Assembly: GCF_009914755.1 (NCBI RefSeq)
Contig: NC_060932.1
DNA from: the human T2T-CHM13v2.0 reference genome, Homo sapiens
Length of the DNA: 64,000 bases
Reading direction: 5' to 3' (one strand)
Shown: piece by piece, positions 56,131 through 64,000 of the stretch
Layout of the letters: every line of letters begins with the position of its first letter
Numbering within the stretch: position 1 is the stretch's first letter
The notes under the pieces: model-generated
Told to the model about the DNA's origin: nothing
Seen by the model: the letters and a program-made list of their open reading frames with translations, nothing else
Database searches by the model: none
Translations under genes and position numbers: made by a program

Positions 56131-57189
56131 TTATCAACCTCCTCTCCGCCTTCTCTTCCTCCCCGCTTCCTTATCATCATCATGATTATTATTAATTTCA
56201 GGCTCCAGTCCCTTCTCTGGCTGCTTTCATATTGGAAGGGCCCAGGATGCAAACACCACTGATCCAGCATCACCTGCAAATATCTGTCCTGCCTACAAAA
56301 CACAACTCTCCACATGGCCCCTCCCTCATCATGAAGCATCTCTTCACCAGATGGGCTTTGGCCTCCTTGATCCCCATGGGCCTTTTGCAATCCTTTCAAA
56401 GCTCAGAAATAATTAATAGTATGAAAACCCCACTGAGAACCCTGTGGTGTTTGGGGTGGGGAGGAAGCTAGGGCAGACCCAGGGTCCCAGGAAGTTCCAA
56501 GCCTTGGCTGCTGGAGGCACCAAGGATCCCAGGTCTGTGGGTTCACCTGATGTCGGTCTCAGATAATCTGCTTCTCACCTAGCTCAGATAGGGGGTTAGG
56601 GGAAGCATGGTTTGGGTAAGCCAAGCAATTCAAGGGTTAATACCTAAGAGGTCTCCAGAATCATTAAAGGCTCTGAATTCTCAGTGGCTGAAAAGCTCCT
56701 GCAAGGAAAAATAACCTTCGTGAAAATATGTTAAACTCAAAAGTTGATTTATTATACTCCCAACAACGGACTGATCTGTTTGCTTAAGTGCCCTAAGTAT
56801 AGCAGCTAAAGTTCACAAGCACTATTTGACCTTTACAGAATAATTAGCTTAAAACAATTATTAGCACGTTTCTTTTCAGGCTCTGTAGTATTAGATAATG
56901 CAATCACTCCACTCAAAAACTTTGTTCTTTATTGTTACTTCAAATCAGCCAAATGTTGCAGAAACCTACACCAGGCTCACAGATTGCTCCCACACTGTGC
57001 TGACCATCTTGGTTTGCAATGACCTGTGGTGCAGCTTGGAATCCTCCCCAACCCCACTCCTTCTTCAAGTGCTCAGGGACTAGAGGACCGGACACAGCAG
57101 ATCCAGAAGTCACAGGTGCAGGGTCACCCACAGCACACTCTCTTCCCCAGGATAATCAGACCCTTGAGATCTTTCATTCTTAAAACAAA

Positions 57190-58430
57190 ATTATTATAAA
57201 AGGCAACATGTGTTCATTGTAGAAAATTGGAAATACACAGAAAAGCAAAATAGAACTACCATATGATCCAGCAATCCCACTTCTGGGTATTTATCCAAAA
57301 GAATTGAAATCGGGATCTTGAAGAGATGCTAGAACTCCCATGTTCATTGCAGCACTATCCACAATAGCAAAGATATGGAAACAACACAGATGTCCGTAAA
57401 CAGAGGAATGGATGAAGAAAATGTGGTAATTACATACAATGTAATATTGTTTAGCCTTAATAAAGGAGGAAATTTCACAATATGGGACAACATGGATGAA
57501 TCTTGAGGACACCATGCTAAGAGAAACAAACAAATCAAAGAATGACAAATACTGTGTGATTCCACTTTATGAGGTATCTAAAATAGTCAAATTCATAGAG
57601 TCAAAAAATGGTGGTTACCTGAAGCTGGGTAGGGTTAGGGGGTGGTGCAGATGTGGAGTTACTAATTAACAGGTGTAAATTTTCAGTTAAGCAAGGTGAA
57701 TACGCTCTACGTTCCTCTGTACCCACAGTCAACAATAATGTATTGTACACTTATTACGGGGATAGAAATCATGTTAAGTGTTCTTACCACAATAAAATAA
57801 ATTTTAAAAAGGAAAAGCAAAAAATAGAAAATACAGCTCACAATCTTATTACCCAGAGATAACCACCGATAACACTTTGATGTCATCTACTTACCTTTTT
57901 ATAAACTTTTAAAAAATCCTCTATTGTAGGACACTCAAGTGATGTTCAGCGTCCTGTTAAGCAATTCTTTGCTGAAACTAACATTTTTTCTCACATCTAT
58001 TATTACCTTAGAATAGATGTTATTTCGAGGAATGCTATTTCTGAGTCAGAGTCTGCACATTTTAAAAACTTTGTATTCAAGTTGGCCTCCAGAAAAATCC
58101 TATTTACTCTTCTTTCAGCAATGTATGGATTACCTGTTTTCCTCAGACCCTCACTAGTACCAGAAATTGTAACTTTTTAAAAAGGTGATAGTTTAATCCA
58201 TGAAAAATTTGCATTTCTTTGATTATTAGAAAAGTTGAGCATGCTTTCATGGGATTTTGGGTCCTTTGCATTTCTTCATTTGTAAATTACCTGTTTATGT
58301 CTGTTGTTCATGTTCTCATTGGGTATTCTTTATCATTTTCTTGTAGGTTATCTTATAACAAGAAAGTCAATCTTCTTTCTATCACATAAGTTCCAAATAC
58401 TTCCCTCAGGTTGTTGTGTTTATTTTATTT
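57190..58430 (-). mobile_element. Old L1ME-type fragment, split by a younger L1
   Basis: catgtgttcattgtagaaaattggaaatacacagaaaagcaaaa resumes after 57811 as aatagaaaat...acccagagataaccacc; then tttgcatttctttgattat..gttgagcat. Confidence 0.6.
57251..57811 (+). mobile_element. L1MA9/MA10-like 5'-truncated L1
   Basis: tagaactaccatatgatccagcaatcccacttctgggtatttatccaaaagaattgaaatc ... tgttcttaccacaataaaataaa. TSD GAAAAGCAAAA (57240-50 / 57812-22). Confidence 0.85.
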
Positions 58431-58437
58431 TAATTAA

Positions 58438-58791
<354 letters not shown>

Positions 58792-59364
58792 TGACCCACA
58801 TTTTTACTCCAGGGGCCCTGAGATCTGCATTTCCACCCTGTGATGGGGCTCCTACCACTTCTTTCAATCTTAACTGTAGATTCACTTCACTGATCATTTA
58901 ATTGATAGCTCTGGATCAATTTCCTTTTCCATATTTAATCCGGGCATTAAACAGACATACGTGACTCATTTGCCAGGTGCAGGCACTTGGGTTAGGGGAT
59001 AGAGCAGATTAATTCTAGTCCGCAATGTCTCCTGTGAGGTTCGGGAGAAAAAGCCTGGTGGGAAACCACAGGGTTGGGAGTCAGTTCTTAGGGAATGGCT
59101 ACAGCTCTGTGCTGGGCATTTTGTCTATTGTCCGTCACTTAACTCTCACACCTTTTGAGGTAGGTGTTACTGTCCCCATTTTACAGATGAGTACAGGGAG
59201 GCTAAAAAAGTTTCACTCACTTAACCTAAAGTCAACCAGTTGTTAAGCAGCAGAATAGGATCCAGCCCAGTGCTCCCTGCCCTCTACCCAGGCTCTGGGG
59301 ATGGTGCTTGCAGCAAACTTGAGGCCAATGAAGGTGAATGAGGTGGTCATGTAGATACATGGCT

Positions 59365-59541
59365 GGATCCTACCTTTATTTCAAAGTTTGATATTTTGTA
59401 CATCATAGATTTTTCCATTCATTTTGCTTTTTAAAATTAAATTGCATTAAAATATTATTTATCTTGAGTGTTGAGTTTTTTGTCACCTCCCCCCACTTAA
59501 ATTTTGTGCCCAAGAGATTGTTTTATTTACCTCACTCTAAA
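59365..59541 (-). mobile_element. MER96B-like hAT fragment
   Basis: The reverse complement reads gagtgagg...gggcacaaaatttaag...aaaaaactca..tcaagataaataatattttaatgcaat...aaaatatcaaa..aaataaag.aggatc, matching my recalled consensus. Confidence 0.55.
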
Positions 59542-60944
59542 GGGGAAGGACCTCCATCCTTTTCAAAGAAAAATAGTTGGGGACCTAGGAGGTGGTGGGC
59601 TGGGGAGCTGAGTGCAGACTGGGGCAGGAGCCCTGGGTGGAGACACACTGCCACGGTGACCCTTCCTGGCTCTGTGCAGCAGGCTGGCCTTCTGCGTCTC
59701 TTGTTTTATCAGCAGCAGATATGCTTCTCCCTGCCTGAGAAGCAGGCCTGGAAAGTGAACCTGGTGCTCCATTTGCCTATTTTTGGAGTTCTTTAGAAGA
59801 AAGGTCTTCCACACAAATGCACATGATTTTGACGTTTGCTGATGAGCAGCATTCTAAATTATCGCAGTGTACATAACATTTTGTTTAAAAGGCACACTTC
59901 CTTCCCAGCCCAGGGTCCCAGAAGGCAGAGGAGGTCAGAGGAGACATTCCCAGCCCCAGGGTGGTGAGAGAAAAAGCCTTCCTTGTTCTCTCAGGCTGTC
60001 TCCTCCAGCCCAGAAACAAGTCTTGCCAGGGGTGGTCTGTGTTCTAAGATTGGAGGCGGGGGGAGCCTGCTTTTTTAGCTCTCAGACTTGAGAGACCTGC
60101 CCGGGCTGCTCCATGAGGTGGGGTCTGCCTGGTATCCCCACATTCTAACCAGATTCCCCATCTGAAATACTCCCACTCCCCTGCCTGGAAAGCGGCCTGA
60201 CAGCTCATCACATTCCTGCCTGCACCGTCCACTCCAGCGGCCACATGACTGAGGGGAAAAGGCAAGAAACCCGATTCCTGAAACTGGGCCCAACTGATAC
60301 GGCCGGTTCCTGGAATCCCAGCAAAGAGGCGGCCGGCTGGGGTGGGGACCAGCCTTCCCAGGGCTTGGGCTCCGTCCTGCATGGCAGCGTTTCAAAGTCC
60401 AGGCAGGCCGCAGCTGGGCCGCCTGCCTCCCACAGAAGAGGAAAGAAATCCAGGCCCCAAGGTCCCCTCCTTACTCTGGGAACCTTCTCTGTGCCACAGC
60501 GTGAGGGCTCTGCCTGCTCCTAGCCTCCCCCTAACAGAGCCCATTCTGCCTTGGCTCACAGGTGCCTGTGTTCTTACTTGCTTCGAAGGGTTAGAATCTT
60601 GTCAGCAGGGAGTTTGTCTCATTCATCCTTAACAGCAATAACTGCCATTTGCTGAGCAATTTCTACTTGTCTTCTGTGCTCCTTGTCCTGGGAGATAGGC
60701 AATTCTTTTCATTGTCATTCTACAGATAGGGAGGCAAGCTTCAAGAGGTCAAATAACTTGCCCAAAGTCGCCAGTAGGTGGCCAAGTCAAGATTTGAGCC
60801 TGTGTTTTATGAAAGCCCATGCATTGAATCCTCAAGCCAGGCATTTCAGACATCAGGGCTCACAGGTGTCAGACTAGATGTATAAATGAGAGACATGGAA
60901 CAGGCAGGATCTATTATAGAATAGCAGGTGCATGTCTGTCTGAG

Positions 60945-61190
60945 GGAGCAGCTGCTCCAACCTTCGAGCTGATTTTGCCTCTTGTGAATACTGGCTCACC
61001 GTGGCCAAATGGATTTTTTAAGAATAGCCTGAGATCCACATTTCTAGGTGAAACGTCCTGATTTTAAAATTTGGGTAACTAGTTAAAAGTAAAAGCAAAG
61101 CAAAGCAAAACAAAACAAACACTATGTGGGCTAAACAACAGAAGTCACTGGGTCAGATATAGCCCATAAGCCAGCAGTTTAAAAATTCTG
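60945..61190 (+). mobile_element. MER103C-like hAT-Charlie relic
   Basis: gtgaaacgtcctgattttaaaat...aacactatgtgggctaaacaa...tgggtcagatatagcccataagccagcagttt. Confidence 0.55.
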
Positions 61191-61516
61191 TACCACGTAG
61201 TTGTACCATGTTGTGCTCTGTGCATATTAGGTGTGTAGTGAATGTTTTTTGCTTTAAAGTAAAACCAACCTTACTTCTAGGAACATCTGTATCTACAGGA
61301 GGAAAAACGTACAGTCTCAGATATTCCCAAGGATGTACAATTTTGAATGATCAGTGCAGATGTTGCCTTCCAGGGCAACAGATGGTCATCAAATGCACAT
61401 ATAGACCAGGCTAGTGTATTAATGAGATGCTCTAAGATGGATTCTCCTCCCACATATCCAGGTGAGACCACATCGTTAGAAGAAAGACACATTCACATGT
61501 GGCTTGGCCCAGCAAA

Positions 61517-62008
61517 TGAGGCAGGAGAATAGAGATTTAGGGTAACCAAGGGTTAAGGCATAAGCAAAAGAACAGCAGGTGCAGCCAGTTCTAGGCAAGA
61601 TTAGGCACCATACAGGCCACATCCTCACTCATGTGATAATAAGACGTTTCCACTTTGGCCTCTGATTGGCTGTGAGCCAAGTCTCCACTACCTCTGGTCA
61701 CAGGCCAATCCTTCATAAGGTGTAACCAACTGGAGGCTTCTAAAGGACACCTAGGGGTGTAACCAAATTCTTTTAGCCTAATAAAAACCCTAAAGACCAT
61801 TGCAATAGGGGCTCTTGAGCTGCTTGTCCCAGCCTGCTTCCACTTTGTGGAGTGTGCTTTCTTACTCCATTCTTTTGTTGCTTTGTCTTTCATTGCTTCG
61901 TTCTTTCGTTGATTTGTTTCTGCGTTTTGTTCAATTATTTATTCAACTCTTTGTTTAACACTCCAAGAACCTGGACAACTCACTGTCAAGACCTTCCATC
62001 CAGTAATA
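61517..62008 (+). mobile_element. MER51-family (ERV1) solo LTR
   Basis: TGAGGCAGGAGAATAG start, ccaagaacctggaca...cagtaata end, and 4-bp TSD CAAA (61513-16 / 62009-12) typical of ERV1. Confidence 0.75.
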
Positions 62009-62029
62009 CAAAGACTTGGCCTCTGTGAA

Positions 62030-62410
62030 CCATCCTCTTTTTCTTCCTACCTCCTACATGGGGAAGTTTCCAAGGCTCAGTCCTGAAACTTCAGCAACTC
62101 TCTCTGTCTCATCTTCCAGAAAGAAGGGATCTCAGGCCCTTTCATGGATTTGATGATCACCTCTACACCTCACCCAAGCCTAAAGCCAAGTTCTCAATCT
62201 TCCTCCCAGAATCAGGGTGCCCACCCTCCTGCTGGCCCCATGTCTGCCACTTGCACTATCATTCTTCTGCTTGGGCAGCTCCAGATCCCAGCATCATTCT
62301 TGAATCCTTTCTGCTTTCCTCCTTCAATAATCAGCCCCAAACCCTAGCCAATATCTCATTCCACCTCTCATCACGTCATACCTGGGCCATTGCTATATGC
62401 TCTTAACTGG
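62030..62410 (+). mobile_element. L2 fragment
   Basis: Pyrimidine-rich: ccaaggctcagtcctg...; catacctgggccattgctatatgctcttaactgg. Confidence 0.45.
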
Positions 62411-63499
62411 TGTAACCGGGATAACATTTGGAAATTAGCTGAGTCCCTCCTCCACATTCCTTTCTTTCACCTTATGGCCCTCCCACACAGCAGGCATCCA
62501 TCCATTGCTTCAAGGGAGGGTTGTTAAAGGCAGTCAAGTTCTTGGTTTTTGAATTTCAAAAGCCAGTCATCAGTTTTCATCATACCCCTTTTCCCCAGGA
62601 GAGAAATATTTCCCAAGCTGGGCACTGGGGAAGGTGTAAAAGGTTTGATGGGTCCCCGAGAAGAAACCCTGTTGTGCCTTCCTCCCACACCTGGGCTGAG
62701 CCCTAGATAGATTTGGAGGGTGGGTGGCAGAGGGGTTTGAGTGGGGGTCGGGGGGAGGTCGTGCAATTCAAAGCAAAGGAAACAAGTCCCATTTTCTGTG
62801 AAGGAACTCAGCACAGCCCAAGAGCTGAGCAGTAGAAATGGCTACATGGGGTGTCCGGGAAATAAGACTTTAAATGTCCTCCCAGAGTCTCCTCTGGTCC
62901 CTAAGTGGTGACAGAGAACAGCCAGATGTCCTTAAGTTCACGAGAAAGGCCTGAAAGAACTAAGGGCCAACCGAAGAAAGACCCCGGATGAAAGTGGAAG
63001 CCACACACAGCTGCAACCTCCTTGCCTCAATGACTGAGGACCTCCAGGAAGGAGGGCGTCTCAGCTGGTGCCTGAATGGGCAAATGATGACCAGGAACCT
63101 GACTCCCCTTCGCAGTGCCCCCGTCCGTCACTGTAGCCCTGCTCCAAGAGCCTGGAATTCAGACACAACTTCAGTGGGCGGGGGGAGATGCAGCAAAATC
63201 TGAACAGACAGAGATTAAATGTGTGCCCCCCACACCCTGAAAAAGAGAAAATATTTAGGAATTGTAGAAAAATCAAGTCACTATTTTTATGGCCTGAGTT
63301 TGGGTCCTGAAATTCACCAGCGCTCCTTGCCTCTTCTCCCCGTATTCCAAATGATTGTGTATTCTGTGGCTGGATTAATCTTCTTCCAGTGCCACTTCAT
63401 GCTTTCATGGGTTCAGAGAATAATTATTGAACAGTTGCAATGAGCCAAGAGATGTGTTAGGGGATTAAAACTTTAAATTGAGAGTAATAAGAAAGACGA

Positions 63500-64000
63500 A
63501 AAATAGCATTACACCAAAATGCCATTTTTCAAGCAAAGCTCTGAAAGTTTGACAATATACTCTGTTAGGTAGGCAGTGGGGAAGCAGGCACTCAGTATAT
63601 TGCAATTGGAAATGGAAAATATTACAACCCCTATAGAAAGAAATTTATCGATACCTACTAAAATGATATATATATTTGCCATTTGAACAAGTCCATCTAC
63701 TTGCAAGAATCTATACCAAAGAAATATTGACAAAAGTATGAAGGGATATGTGCACAAGACAATTAATTGCAGCACTAGTTATAATAGCAAAGAATTGAAA
63801 GCAACCCAAATGCCTATCAGTAGGAAACTGGTTGAGTAAATGATGGAGTTTATTATTACTGAAATACATAATAGATTACTATGCAGCTATAAAAAGGAAT
63901 GAGAAATATTTCTATATACCACTATGAAGTGATTTTAAGAACATACTATTAAAAGTGGGGAAAGGCAGAGAATACTGTTTATAGGGAAGTATTTTACCTG
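63500..64000 (+). mobile_element. L1ME-type 3' region (runs off the window)
   Basis: gtgcacaagacaattaattgcagcactagttataatagcaaag..ttgaaagcaacccaaatgcctatcagtagg..actggttgagtaaat...tactatgcagctataaaaaggaatgag. Confidence 0.8.

Noticed and set aside
57627-57645. GGGTAGGGTTAGGGGG as an interstitial telomere repeat
   Set aside because: It is only one true TTAGGG unit within the G-rich tract of an L1 3' UTR.

Overview
This is non-coding primate DNA, almost certainly human: an AluYa5 with all five diagnostic substitutions lies at 22094-22400. It is intronic or intergenic and dominated by interspersed repeats: 13 Alu/FLAM copies, old L1M fragments, many MIR/L2 relics, MaLR/ERVL/ERV1 LTRs and hAT/Tigger DNA transposons, plus microsatellites. 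I recognise no host protein-coding exon, RNA gene or CRISPR array, and I cannot name the locus. The only ORF with a recognisable family is the 255-codon MaLR internal ORF in a THE1 element. That element has lost its 3' LTR by deletion but keeps a 5' LTR with a DUX4-type motif and a TATA box. I do not see a convincing novel biological system. The best leads are modest: the truncated THE1 unit, the very young AluYa5, two inverted/direct-repeat micro-structures (14777-14850, 34710-34787), candidate CTCF and enhancer motifs, and a possible small exon. Repeat subfamily names come from my recall of consensus sequences, not a database search, and the boundaries of old repeats are approximate.
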